Positions 25,801 through 40,800 of a stretch of DNA of 64,000 nucleotides are shown here, in pieces. Every line of letters begins with the position of its first letter. Positions within the stretch are counted from its first letter, which is position 1. The position numbers were made by a program, and so were the translations under genes. This DNA is from Mobula hypostoma. Taxonomy: Eukaryota. The notes beneath the pieces are model-generated. The model was not told the origin of the DNA. It did no database searches and saw only the letters and a program-made list of their open reading frames with translations. The DNA is taken from assembly GCF_963921235.1 (NCBI RefSeq), contig NC_086097.1:197100001-197164000 (forward strand). Direction: 5' to 3'.

Positions 25801-28800
25801 AGATGTTATGTCAAACATACTTCTCAGCCCACCATCACTTGCAAACTTAAGGAGTTGATCTCCTTCCCGCGCTGACATGGATGACACATGTGTAATAACT
25901 CAAGACAGTGTGACAGGGAATGAGGAAAGGTGCAGCTGACTCAAACTGCCAAATCATATTTTTTACTTGCGGCCCGGTAGCACATGCTTTGCGGCCCGGT
26001 GGTTGGGGACCACTGCACTATAGTACCATAAAACTATGTATTAGTTCCTAATAGTTATCCACTAAGGAATTTATCCAGTTTATGTTGTTGTATTCTTTTA
26101 AGTGTAAATGAACAAAATCAGCAGATACCTAGTGCAAACAATGGATAATCTTCATTTTCATTATAACATTCAAGATATTTGTTGATACTTTCTAAATCTC
26201 CGTAGTTCGTAATTTGCTAAGTGTGAAATTAACTCCAGTACAAGAAAGCAACAGCATTTCTCCAGGCAACACTGGACCCTTTTCAGTTTGCTCCTCATTT
26301 GAGTAGACTCATTGACAATGCCATAGCCTCTGCTTCGCACTCTGTCCTGTCCCATCTGGAAAATTGGGTCTATTATGCTAGGTTGCTGTTTATAGACTTC
26401 AGTTTGGCTTTTAACACCATCTTACCCCAGAAACTGGTGGGGAATCTGTCCTCACTGCGTCTCAAAGCCTCCCTCTGTAACTGGATCCTGCACTTCTTAA
26501 CAGAAAGGGTACTATTAGCCCATGTGGGCAACAACGTCACTAGGGCTGTGTGCTCAGCCCACTGCTGATGCACGACTGCATCTCAGGATTCAGCCAAATG
26601 GTATCATTAAGTTTGTGGATGACAACAGTCGTCGGCCTCATCAACAATGACGAGTCAGAGTACAGAGGGGAAGCAGAGCAGCTGATGAACTGGTGGGAGA
26701 ACAAACACCCAAGTCTGAATGAGGAGAAGACCAAGGAAATGATTGTAGACTTTAGGAAGGTGCAGATGAACCATTCCCCTCTGAGCATACACGGTTCCTA
26801 CATAGAAGGATTAAAGAGCACTAAACTCTTGAGAGTTCACATCACAGAAAACCTCATCTGGTCCCTCAATATCACCTCCCTGAATAAGACACAGCAGCAC
26901 CTCCACTTACTGAGAAGATTGAGGCAAACAATGATTCCTGCCCATCTTAACTGAATTTCACAGGAGCACCACCGACAGCTTCACAACAAGCTGCATCTCC
27001 ATCTAGTATGGGAGCAGCAAAACATCCGACCAGAACTCTCTACAAAGGGCTGTGAGAACAGCCCTGAGGATCAGAGGGGTCCCCCTACCATCCATTTAGG
27101 ACATTTATCCTGACATTTATCAGGAGTGCTGCATATGCAGTATTATCAAGGATCCCACCCATCCATCCAGCATCCTGACATTCCACCATCAGGCAGGACT
27201 CTCTGATGCATAAAGCCAAGAACAATCAGGATGGGAAACAGCTTCTTCCCTCAGGCTATTAAGCTTCTGCACTTCCTGCTGCAATGCATTCAAAGTGCCA
27301 CTGGATAATTTGTACTGTACCCAACAATATTTATTGTATGCAATTTGCTTTATTTATCAATGCATAATACATTTGCAGATTTAATTCTTACTTTCCAAAG
27401 TATGGGTGTCGTGTGTACCACTGTGCCTTACAATATAGTCTGGAGAAACATCCCATTTGGCAGTATACATGTATGCACGTAGTTAAGTGACCATAAACTA
27501 CTTGACTTGACGAACAGAGCTACTTGGAGAAAAACCAGCTGTAGTCAACAGAGCACAGCAGAAGGAAAACAGCTTCCAAGATCTTGAGTATAAATGAGAT
27601 AAACAGCTTTGTTAAGTATTACACCAAACAAACTTCTACAGATACACTGTTCAACATATGCTGTCTGGGTGAATCATGGCCTGATATTACAATGCAAATA
27701 CACAGGAACACAGGAAGCTGCACAGAGAAAAGAACTTTGCACAATGCATCGTGAGGTTGGCTCTTCACAACACTGGTAGAACTTACAAGAAGCACTATAT
27801 CAAAAAGACAACATATATCATCCAAGAGCCCCACCATCAATGTTCCCTCTGAGGTACACGCGTATGCTTGCGCACACATCTTTTGCTACTAGCGCACCCT
27901 TTACCCTTTACCCCGCTGGCATGCTAGGTATACTTCACGATCATACACAATCACATTTCCTTTTCTGGTTTCTGATGCGGATGGTGTTGACAATGAGGAG
28001 TTTACAATGACTGGTCTGCAGATTTTAGAACTGGCTTATTTATACTGTTAATATTGAAGAAATTATTCAGTGAATACATGTCATTGTCACTGGGCAAAAA
28101 AAATGCAGAGCATGAGGTATTTGCACACAATGGTCATTACAAATTAGAGGGAACATTGCCCACCCTCCAGACCATGGCATCTTGTCACAGTTATTATCAG
28201 TCAGGAGGTATAGAAACCTGAAGTTCCAACACCTGGTTCACAGACAACTGTTGAACAACTGAATGGTTGAAACAAAGCAAATAGCAAAACCTAATCAATA
28301 CAGTTCAGCACTACAATCACTTTGCACAAGAATGTACTTTTTTTTGGTTCTGTGTTCATTCTTTTAAAGATTATACCTGTGCAGATAACAAGAAACTTGA
28401 CTCTGACTTGTTGGATTAAACTAAATCCTGTGTTTCTAACCAATGCCCATATTGATCTGTTATTTTCACAAGTGAGCCTTGCAAATGAACTAAACTGTAT
28501 GGACTGGAGCATCTACCACATCCATCAGCATTCTATGCGCTTCTTTCAAGGGTTGTTTACTCACTGAATCTTTAGCTAAGAAAGGAGAGTGTGATAAACC
28601 AAGTTTCCTTGCCCACAAATAACCTGATGCCATAGGGCTTCATGGTTTCTAGATTCAACATTGAGGACTCCCAAAGCAGCTCTCTCCTGTGTGCATTAGA
28701 GTCATGCCCTCCCTGATGTGATAAGATATTCATGCATAATAATGGAGGTGTAAAACAAGTTGTCAATAAAATATGATTTTCAGAGTGCAAACATGAATTT

Positions 28801-31800
28801 CAAGTTAGGCTTGATTAGTCTGACAGCATTCCCAATTTAGATACCCAATAGTTTTGGCAAAGTACTTTGCAACCAACGATTTCTTCAGATTTGGCAGCAA
28901 AGTTGATAACTAGATGGTTTTATTTTACCCCCCAGTACAGAACAACTGAATGGCTTGCTGGGCCATTTCAGAGAGCTAGGTGCGAACTCTGTTGCTGCAG
29001 ATCAGGAGTTACACAAGCCAGATTATGCAAGATGGCAGATCTCCACGTTTGAAAGGTGGCGAAACTAAATGTGTTCGGAACAACTATCCAATAATTTTGT
29101 GCCATTATTACTGATGCCTAGAAAGTTTAATTTAAATTAATCATGAAGAGCAACCCCATGTTGATCTAATTTGTAAGAGTCAGGAAAGGACCAGTTCATT
29201 TGAGTTCACTTACCATTGCACATTCTCAATAGGTAGTTTTTTCCAGCAGAGTAAAATGTTGCCTGAAAGCGAAATAACAATTGTTACCACAAAGTTGCCA
29301 CACAATCCCACCCAACATATCTATTTCTCATACTCTGTTCCCATCATCTATGGAAAGAACTGAACAGTCAACATTTTGGGCTGAGACCCTTAATCAGGAC
29401 CATCATTATCATCGATTTTATTCGATTTCTTCTACTTTCCAGTACAGATACTTCAAATTCCTCCACTTCTTTTCTGTTCTTCAATTTAAAAACTGTACCC
29501 TACATTTTGCTACTTCAGATAAAAGCTTGTTTTATTCAAAATATTAAATGTTTCACTCAGATACCAGCTGACCCGTATTTCAGATGACTTTGAAACCAAA
29601 ACCTAGCATATTCACAACTGAGTCCCTTTTGAAAGAAATAGGTCATATTCCAAAGTGCCAATGAAATAAAGTCAGAAAGGAAGAACACAAAATATTGCAA
29701 TGGGGAAATATGATAATTTTATTGCTAATAAAAAACAATTTCATCAAAAATAGAGGTTTCTGTATGATATCATTTCTATTGTGCATTTATTTCCCTTTCT
29801 TCACACTTCGTACAGTTCTTAACCAAAGTCATGAAAGCAAATAATCTCATCTGAGGTACTTGACATTCTGCAATGGCAATAATTTTTTTGTGAAGTGCCT
29901 CGCCATTGCTCCAGGCCTATAACTCCAAAGTTTACCCCAATTTATTTCACTCACTAAAACAAAGGCTGAGAAATCAATTTGTGAAATAAATTCACTGTGC
30001 TTGGTTCATTATAAAATTGTCAATTTCATTTAAACAATTAACTCAAGCATTACTTACAGATTTCCAAGTTCCAACATTTTTTTCTACGAAAGTGAATATT
30101 TTGTCACATTGATCAAGAGGAAGGCAATCAAGAACATCACCGAGCAGTAAGAAAGGTGTTGTTGCAGAGCAGATACCTACATGTGCACAAAATATGAGAT
30201 TATTGCATGAAAGCATATGTATTAGGTTTAATAGTACACAATAAAATAATGTTGCAGTCACTTGTGTTTCCCACCAATAAACTAAATGCTTAATCTTAAA
30301 TCTTTAGTTACGTCAATAAATTCAAAAAAAAGTTGTAAGCAATTATTAACGATTTGATAGATAAATGACTCTCCTCCCCTCTTAGTTATAGATTCATAGC
30401 ACTACAGCACAGAATAGGCACTTTGGCCCATCTAGTCTATGCTGAACTATTAATTTGCCGAGTCCATTCAACTTCCACCCGGGCAGTATTCCTCCAAGTG
30501 GCCTTCCACCTACGCCGGGTCTCACCAATGCAGAGGAAGCCATGTTAGGAGTACAGGATATAGCAGATGACCTCAAAAGACTGGCAAGTGAAATCTTGCC
30601 TCACCAGGTAAGAGTATTTGGGGCCCTAAATGGAGGTGAGGGAGGTGGTGAATGGGCAAGTGTAACACTTCTTCTGCTTGCAAGGAGAAATGCCAGAAGG
30701 GAGATTAGTGGGGAGGGACAAATGGACAAGGGAATCACGGAGAGAGCGATACATGTGGAAAGCAGAGAGCGGTGGGGGTGGGTGGGGGGTTGGAAAGAGA
30801 AAGGTAAAGATGTGTTTAGTGGCAGGATTCACCACTGATGCTGCCCTCACACCCATCTCCTCCATTTCCCAGACATTCATACTCACCTCACCTTCCCCCC
30901 CACCCCACCTCCCGACTTAACAGGGATCGAGTTCCTCTTGTCCTCATCTACCACCCGATGTGCTTCCACATCCAGCACGTTATTCTCCACAATAACCGTC
31001 ATCTTCAATGGGACACTACCACCAAACACACCTTTACCTTCCCCTCCCCACCCTGACCATTCACCTCTTCTATAAGATGGGGGACCACTTTGTTGAGCAC
31101 CCCTTTGCTACACTCGCAAAAAAAAAAATGAGAATTTCCCAGTGGCCAGACATTTTAATTTCAATCCACATCCCCATTTCTACTCTTACATGTCAGTCCA
31201 CGGCCTCCTCTACTGCCATAATGAACCCACTCTCAGGTTGGAAAAGAAATACTTCATATTCCATCAAGGTAGCCTCCCAACTGATAGCATAAGCAATGAT
31301 TTCTCTACCTTCTAATTTCTCCCCCTTGCCCTCTTTTTCAATTCCTTACTCTGCCTCCCCCCCCTTACCTCTTCTCTTCTTCTTCCCTTTCTCCCATGGT
31401 CCCCTCTCCTATCAAATTCCTTCTTCTGCAGCCCTTTGCCTTTTCCACCCATCACCTCCCAGCTTCTTATTTCATGCCTTCCCCACCCCCCACCTTCCTG
31501 GCTTCACCTCTCTAGCTTGTACTTCTTCTCCTCCTCCCCACCATCTTATTCTGGCGTCTCCCCTTTCCTTTCCTAGTCCCAAGGAAGGGTCTCAGCTCAA
31601 AACATCAACTGTCTATTGATTTCCATGGATGCTGCCTAACCTGCTAAAGTAAAGGAGAAGGTAGTTTTGGGTCTCATAAAAAGCATTAAGGTGTACAAGT
31701 TCACAGGACCTGATGGAATATACCCAATATTATCGAGAGAGGCAAGAGACGAGATTGTTGTGGTCTTGACCAATATCGTTATGTCTTCTCTAGCCACAGG

Positions 31801-34800
31801 CGAGGTCACAAAGGAATGGTGAGGAACTAATGTTGTTCCATTTATCAAGAAGTGAACCAGGATTGATTTTGGAAACTATAGATCGGCAAGTCTCATGTCA
31901 GTGGTTGGGAAATTACTGGAGAGAATTCTTTGAGATAGGATTTATGAGCATTTGGAAAACCATGGCCTAATTAGTAAGAGCCAGCATGGCTTTGTGCAGG
32001 CAAGTCATGTCTTACTAAATTGATTGAGATTTTTGACAAGGTGTCAAGAGTGATTTATGAAGGTAGAGTTGGGAATATTGTTCACTTGGATTTTAGCAAG
32101 GTGTCTATCAAGATCCCTCATAGGAGGCCTGTCCAGACGATTAAGATGTATGGGATCCATCATGAATTGGCCATTTGGATTCAAAACTGCTTGCCCATGA
32201 AAGACAGAGGATAGTGGTCCGGCACATTAATTCCAGCTGCAGGTCTGTGATTAGGAGTTTTCTGTAGGGATCCGTACTAGAACCCCTGATGTTTGTGATG
32301 TACATAAAAAACCTGGATGAAAATGTAGACGGGTGGATTAGCAAAGAACACAGCAGGATTTAGATCAGTTGCAGATATGGACAGAGAGATAGCAGATGGA
32401 TTTTAACTGGACAAACATAAAGTGTTCACCTTAGTAAGTCAAATGTAAGTAAACAGAACACTGTTAAGGGGAATACCCTGAAACTGGCAACACAGATTGA
32501 TAAAGTGGTTAAGAAAGCAAATGGCAACATAACTTATTGACTTGAGAAATCAATGCCTCATGTTGTAGCTTTATAAAACTCTATTTCGGCCACATCTGGA
32601 ATACTGCATACAGTTCTGGTTGCCCCATTATAGGAAGGACTTTGAGGCTTAGGAGAAGGTGCAGAAGAGGTTTACCAGAATACCACCTGGATTAGAAGGT
32701 AGGTATTATACCAAGAGGTTAGACAAATAAGGACTGTTTTCTCTAGAGTGGTGGAGATTGAGGGGAGGTCTGATAGAGGTTTACAGGATTATGAGAGGCA
32801 AACATAGAGTAGGCAGACAATTTTTGCAGAGGTTGAAATATTACACACCAGAGGGCATGCATTTAAAGTGAGAGGGGGCAAGTTCAAAGGAGATGTAAGG
32901 AACAATGTTTTTTTTAAAAAAAACAGAGTGGGTGGATCCCTGGAATGTGCTGCCTGGGGTGGTGGGAGAAGCAAGTACATTAGGGATTTTTAAGAGACAT
33001 TTAGATACACATATGAATGTGAGGGAAATAGAAGGATATGGACACTGTGTAGGTAGAACGGATCAGTTTATTTGGCTATTTGATAACTAATTTAATTGAT
33101 TCAGCACAACATTGTGGGCCAAAAGGTCCGTGTGCTGTACTGTTCCTTGCTGCCCTACCACTTACTGTGCAAGTCCTTACTGGCTCAGAAGGGTAGGGAA
33201 AGGAAGAAGGCAGCAGTAATAGGGGACCCTGTAGTTAGGGGGTCAGACAGGTGAATCTATGGACACAGGAAAGAAACATGGATAGCAGTTTGCCTCCCAG
33301 GTGCCAGGGTCCAGGAAGTTTCAGATCACGTCCACGATATCCTGAAGTAGGAAGGTGAACAGCCAGAGGTCATGGTACATATTAGTACCAATGACAAAGG
33401 CAGGGAAAAGGAGGAGGTCCTGAAAACAGATGACAGAGAGTTAGGAAGGAAGTTGAGAAGCAGGACCTCAAAGGTAGTAACCTTGGGATTACTGCCCATG
33501 CCACGCGACAGAGAGTATAGGGATAGAGTGAGGTGGAGGATGAATGCGTGGCTGAGGAATTGGAGCAGGGGCAGAGAATCAGATTTCTGGATCATTGGGA
33601 CCTCTTTTGGGGCAGGCATGACCTGTACAAAAAGGACGGGTTGCACTTGAATCTGACGGGGACCAATATCCTGGCAGGGAGGGAGCTAAGGCTATTGGGG
33701 AGAATTTAAACAAGAATTGCTGGGGAATGGAAACCGAACTGAAGAGATGGAGGAAGGAGCTGTTGGCTCACAAATAGAGAAAGCTTGGAGACAGCGCGAG
33801 AGAGAGGATAGGCAGGTGATAGAGAAAGAATGCGCTCAGACTGATGATTTGAGATGTGTCTATTTTAATGCAAGAAGCATCATGAACAAAGCAGATGAGA
33901 TTAGAGCGTGAATCGGAACTATGATGTTGTGGCCATTACAGAGACTTGGATGGCTCACGGACAGGAATGATAATTTAGAGTGCCAGGCTTCAGATGTTTC
34001 AGAAAGGACAGGGAAGGAGGCAGAAGAGCTGGGAACATGGCACAGCTGATCAGAGATAGCGTCATGGCTGCAGAAAAAGGAGGAAGTCATGGAGGGATTG
34101 TATACGAGTCTCTGTGAGTGGAAGTTAAAAACAGGAAGGGGTTAATAACTCTACCGGGTGTTTTTATAGACTACTCAATAGCAACAGGACCATCGAGGAG
34201 CAGATAGGGAGACAGTTTCTGGAAAGGTGTAATAACAACAGGGTTGTTGTGGTGGGAAATTTTAATTTCCCAAATATGGATTGGCATCTCCCTACAGCAA
34301 GGGGTTTAGATGGGGTGGAATTTGTTAGGTGTGTTCAGGAAGGTTTCCTGACACAATATGTAGATCAGCCTACAAGAGGAGAGGCTGTACTTGATCTGGT
34401 ATTGGGAAATGAACCTGGTCAGGTGTTAGGTCTCTCATTGGGAGAGCATTTTGGAGATAGTGATCACAATTCTATCTCCTTTACCATAGCACTGGAAAGG
34501 GATAGTAACAAACAAGTTAGGAAAGCGTTTGATTGGAGTAAGGGGAAATATGAAGCCATCAGGCAGGAACTTGGAAGCATTAATTGGAAACAGATGTTCT
34601 CAGGCAAATGTACGGCAGAAATGCGGCAAATGTCCAGGGGATATTTGTGTGGCGTTCAGAATAGGTATGTTCTAATGAGACAGGGAAAGGATGATAGGGT
34701 ACAGAAACCATGGTGTACAAAGGCTGTTGAAAATCTAGTCGAAAAGAAAAGCTTAGGAAAGGTTTAAAAAAACTAGGTAATGATAAAGATCTAGAAGATT

Positions 34801-37800
34801 ATAAGGCTAGCAGGAAGGAGCTTAAGAATGAAATCAGGAAAGCCAAAAGGGGCCATGAGAAGGCCTTGGCGAGCAGGAATTAAAGAAAGCCCCAAGGCAT
34901 TCTACAAGTATGTGAAGAGCAAGAGGATAAGACGTGAGAGAACAGGACTAATCAAGTGTAGCAGTGGGAAAGTGTGTAAGGAACCAGAGGAGATAACAGA
35001 GACTCTTAATGAATACTTTGTTTCAGTATTCACTACGGAAAAGGATCTTGGCGACTGTAGGGTTGACTTACAGTGGACTGAAAAGCTTGAGCATATAGAC
35101 CTTAAGAAAGAGGATGTGTTGAAGCTTTTGGAAAGCATCAAGTTGGGTAAGTCTCCAGGACCAGATGAAATGTACCCCAGGCTACTGTGGGAGGTGAGGG
35201 AGGAGATTGCTGAGCTTCTGGTAATGATCTTTACATCATCAATGGGGATGGGAGAGGTTCTGGAGGATTGCAGATGCTGTTCCCTAATTCAAGAAAGGGA
35301 GTAGAGATAGCCCAGAAAACTATAGACCAGTGAGTTGATGGAAAAGATCCTGAGAGGCAGGATTTATGAACATTTGGAGAGGCATAATATGATTAGGAAT
35401 AGTTAGTATGGCTTTGACTAAGGCAGGTCATACCTTACAAGCCTGATTGAATTTTCTGAGGATGTGACTAAGCACGTTGAAGGTAAAGAAGTAGATGTAG
35501 TGTATGTGGATTTCAGCAAGGCATTTGATAAGGTACCCCATGCCAGGCTTATTGAGAAAGTAAGGAGGCATGGGATCCAAGGGGACCTTGCTTTGTGGAG
35601 CCAGAATTGGCTTGCTCACAGAAGGCAAAGAGTGGTTATAGACGGGTCATATTCTGCCTGCAGGTCGGTGACCAGTGGTGATCTGTTCTGCGACCCCTTC
35701 TCATCATGGTTTTTATAAGTGACCTAAACGAGGAAGTGGAGGGATGGGTTAGTAAATTTGCTGATGACAAAAAGGTTGGGGGTGTTGTGGATAGTGTGGA
35801 GGGCTGTCAGAAGTTACAGTGGGACATTGATAGGATACAAAACTGGGCTGAGAAGTGGCAGATGGAGTTCAACCCAGATAAGTGTGAGGTGGTTCATTTT
35901 GGTAGGTCAAATATGATGGCAGAATATAGTATTAATGGCAAGACTCTTGGCAGAATGGAGGATCTTAGGGTCCGAGTCCATAGGACACTCAAAACTGCTG
36001 CGCAGGTTGACTGTGTGGTTAAGAGGGCATACGGTGCATTGGCCTTCATCATCCGTGGGATGAGTTTAAGAGCCGAGAGGTAATGTTACAGCGACATAGG
36101 ACCCTGGTCAGACCCCACTTGGAGTACTGTGCTCAGTTCTGGTCACCTCACTACTGGAAGGATGTGGAAACTACAGAAAGGGTGCAGAGAAGACTTACAA
36201 GGATGTTGCCTGGATTGGGGAGCATGCCTTATGAAAATAGGTTGAGTGAACTCAAACTTTTCCCCTTGGAGTGGTGGAGGATGAGTGGTGACTTGACAGA
36301 GGTGTATAAGATGATGAGAGGCATTGATCGTGTGGATAGTCAGAGGCTTTTTCCCAGGGCTGAAATGGCTAACATGAGAGGGCACAGTTTTAAGGTGCTT
36401 GGAAGTAGGTGAAGAGGAGATGTCAGGGGCAAGTTGTTTTTTTTAAAAGATGCAGAGAGTGGCAAGTGCGTGGAATGGGCGGCCGGCAACAGTGGTGGAG
36501 GCAGATACAATAGGGTCTTTTAAGAGACTCCCAGATAGGTACATGGAGCTTAGAAAAATAGAAGGCAACTTCTAAAATAAGTACATGTTCGGCACAGCAC
36601 TGTGGGCCGATGGGCCTCTTTTGTGCTGTAGGTTTTCTATGTTTCTAAAACCATTGTTTAATGAAAAATGCTAACTCGAAGTATGATGAACTCTGAAAAT
36701 CTGACTATGTTCAAAGTAACAACATCTTGAGAATTAAATTAAATTTGAACAATTAGAGGTAACTCCATAATTATTCCACCGAATTACCTGATGTGTTAAG
36801 GGTATACTTAATTATCAGCTGATTATTGAAGGAAAATATTCATAATACCATCAGCTATACAACCTAAATATTTTTGATTCTAGGCCAAAATATATTAACG
36901 AACACTACGAAGCACAACAATGCTCATTTTGAATGTCATCTGGAATATACAATTACCTTCAATGACTCCATTAATGCTAAGAGAGATAATAGACAAGAAA
37001 TCTTCACATTCGCCTTGGTCTAACTAAAACGAGAAAATAACTTTCAAAAACAGTTATAAAAAAGTCTGAGTGCTACACAATGGAAATTTATTTGTTTTTA
37101 AAGGTTTGATAATTCCCATTAACTGTATCTGAGAAATCAAATGCACAAAAACACTTTTATCCCTAGTAATAAAGGCATCCGTTATTCTTGCGAGACCATA
37201 GATCTGCGCCTGGAAAGTCTTCACTCTCCAGGGCGCAGGCCTGGGCAAGGTTGTATGGAAGACCAGCAGCTGCCCATGCTGCAAGTCTCCCCTCTCCACG
37301 ACACCAATGTTGTCCAAGGGAAGGGCATTAGGACCCATACAGCTTGGCACCAGTGTCGTCGCAGAGCAATGTGTGATTAAGTGCACAACACATGTTGCCT
37401 CGGCTGGGGCTCGAACTCACGACCTTCAGGTCGCTAGTCCAATGCCTTAACCACTTGGCCACGTGCCCTAGTAATCAGGCCTAAATTTCTGTAAGCTGAT
37501 TCAAATCTTGCCAAATACCCTGCAAGTCCTTAGTCCAGCAGAATTTTAAGAATTCAATTTAATAAATAAATGTAATTAATGACAAAAGGGGAGCCGTTAC
37601 ATAGGAAAAGGAAAAAGTGCCACAAGATAAACTGATGAATTTTCTGTGAGAGACCTCCTATCAATATATTTTAATTAAAAAGACAGATATTTGCCCATGA
37701 CAATATATTAGGAAAGAAATTCACAAAAAAAATTCACTAAATTTGATATAATCTGGAATGTTTAACCCTGCATGGTTTGTATAACTTGATATAATCTGGA

Positions 37801-40800
37801 ATGTTTAACCCTCCATGGGTTTCCTTTAGGTGCTCCAGTTTGCTCCCACATGCCAAAGACATACAGATGTGTTAATAGGTTATTGGTCACATGGGTGTAA
37901 TTGGGCAGCACAGGCTCATTGGGCTGAAAGGGCCTGTTACTGTCTGTATCTCTAAATAAATAAATAATTCAAATAATTGAGACTGTGGGTAGTTGTCAAG
38001 CACCCAAGTGAGAAGCGATAAAGTAATTATAAATCTTGGACACAATATCAGATTTCCCGACAACTGAAAGTTCAATGAAGTGATAATAATAATGGAACTT
38101 ATAATTGTTAGAAATATTCATCGTAAGAAACTTATTAATGAAAACTTAAACATCATTTACAAACAGCTGTAAATATCTTTATGAGATATTGATCTAGTAA
38201 TGGAATCCAACAAACTAAAATGAGACACATTGAACAGACTTCCTTTCATTATTTTGTAAATGTTAAACCTTAATACACATCCACATTTCCATTTGAACTA
38301 CCTCAAATCACAACATTAAATAGCTGGATTAAAACTTAATTAAAACTACAATTGAATAATGATACCAGTTCCAGTATTCATAAAGAGATCAAGTTCCATT
38401 TTTCTTCCACCCCTTCCGGATTTTTTTAAATTACTGTGATGCGTACTTAGGCTTGTCCAGCCTCAACAGATATGGGACCATAAATAATTTCTTATTCAGT
38501 CACCATCCTTCTAGGTTTCATGCAGTTAAATACTGCTACACAGTAAGGAATACAACAGTAATGGTAAGGTTAGCAAGCTTTCTAACCCCTCTACGGATCT
38601 AGGTTCGATCCTACTCTCTGTGTGGAGTTTACATATTCTACCCAGGTCTAAGGGGGTTTCCACAGGGTGCTCCAGTTTCCTTTGATATCCCATGAAATAC
38701 TAAAGGGTACATTGGCTAGTGCACATATCCTTAGTGTAGGTAAGTGCCAAAGTGGAGTCTGCACAGCCCCCTGTGCTACGATATGCAAGCAATGCAAATT
38801 GTTATCATTACACATGCACGCATACCACGTTCACTCAACATAAATAATACATTTAAGATTGTTCAGCCTGATAACCTGGTATTTCCTAGCCAATGCGTAA
38901 TTGCTCAAGTTGCTAAAAAAATTGCAAATTCAACAGCTACTTACAATTTTTTCTTCTAGTATACCTCTGAATGCCTGATCCAGTGTTGTTTTCTTTTCTG
39001 TTTCACTACAAATACAAACATAATTCTGAATAGGTCATTTCAAATAATCAAGGAAAAGCCACAGATACATCAGAATTTAAGTTGATGACTTAAATATAAA
39101 AACTGTTTTTTTATTACTCCTGCATCATAGAGGGGGTGTTGATCTAGAAAATGGCCTGTAACACCATTTTCCATAGAGGCATGTCATATGTGTATAGATT
39201 AAGAAACACTAGTTAAAAAAGGGCTAATTTACTTACTTCACATCCCCACATAGATTCTATGAGAGCAAACTTTATTCTGTTTCTCATATTGAGTTGTGAT
39301 TTGTGAATTATTTAAGAGCAAATTTTTGCTGCTCGCATGGTTATACTGCAAAGGGTCACATCAACTTACCCTCCACTCAACTGGCTGAAGATTACAATCA
39401 GTGGTTTTATATTTTTGCTCTTCAATGCTTCTTTTGCACAAATCTAATCAAACAAAAGTAAACTTCAGTTAACAATTCTCCCAATGTATTACAAGCATAG
39501 TTTTCAATGTTGTCTAATAACTGCTTACATCTTCAAAAAAATTGTGTTTGTATCTACAAAAAACACAATCTTTCTATTGTGCATTTCCACATACCTGAAA
39601 TTTGCTCTGGTTTCCTGCATGTTTAGGACTGATTCATGAACTCCAATTAAAATGAAGCAAACATGCAAACACTTGCGACAAACTTACCAGTTGTGCAAAT
39701 ACGGGGGGAGGGGGCGCAGTGGAGGGGTGATTGATAAGTACATGGCCTATGGTAGAAGGAGTCAATTTTAGAAAACCAAGCACATTTATTTTTCCTACAT
39801 TTACACACTTAGTCCAACGGTTGTGGAGCATGCAGATCCCTTCTTTGTAGAAGTCGGCGTCTTGGACCTCCAGAAGTGGTCCACAGCATGGGGTGATTGA
39901 TAAGTTCATGGCCTAAGGTAGAAGGAGATGAGTTATTAACTTCAAACTTTCTGTATTTTCACTCAAAGAGTTGAACCTCGCGTGCATGTAACGAGAGCTG
40001 TATAACTCATCTCCTTCTACCTTAGGCTACAATCTTATCAATCACCCCTGCTGTGGACCACCTGGAGGTCCAAGTCGCTCTCGTTACATGCACGTGCAGT
40101 ACCTAATTTCCCTCGGGATCAATAAAATATGTCTATCTATCTATATCTACATAAGTGAACTTTCATTTCAGTGCCTTAAGTGGATAACAAATATAGAGCA
40201 AGTCAGTCACTAAAGATAGTAGAAAAACTGAACATCATCTGGTTTATTTTCTGCTTATCAACTATCTCCACGTATTCTCTGAGAACTTTCTTCCCTCTCG
40301 CAAGATTTCTGCATCTCTGATCAAGCCTAAAGTTCCATACAATAATTTTTCTACTGGCATTCTACAGTTTCAATCCAATTTGATATTTGTTTTCATATTT
40401 CTACTGATTACAAATGGGATGTACAATACCACTTTGAACAAGTTCGGTCACTCATCTCTTGGTGGATCCTGCTGTGTACATCTGGCTGCTGCACTCATAT
40501 TTAATGTAAAATTTTATTTCCTCATTTGCAGGCTCCAGTCAAATCGGATTGTCAACATCTCCTCCACTGTCTCCATCAGTCTGTACAGATGCACCACAAG
40601 GCTTAGCCTCCTGCTCTACTCACATTACAATTATGCCTGTGTGCCAAAGCACAACTCTAATGCCATGTTCAAATTTGCTGACGACACCACTGTTGAAGGC
40701 TGAATCAAAGATAGTGGCAAATCAGCATATAGGAGGGAAATTGATAATCTGGCTAGTGGTGCCATAACAATAACCTCTTACTCAATGTCAGCAAGACCAA

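Larger units (their letters stand above)
24544..26290. mobile_element. Possible decayed TA-targeting DNA transposon remnant hosting two younger insertions
   Basis: TA followed by TIR-like CAGTGCATTCCAGTTAATTGGGAC; right end not identified. Confidence 0.3.

Noticed and set aside
37395..37467. tRNA gene
   Set aside because: tRNA-like head continues into a SINE body with TSD; no complete acceptor stem or terminator
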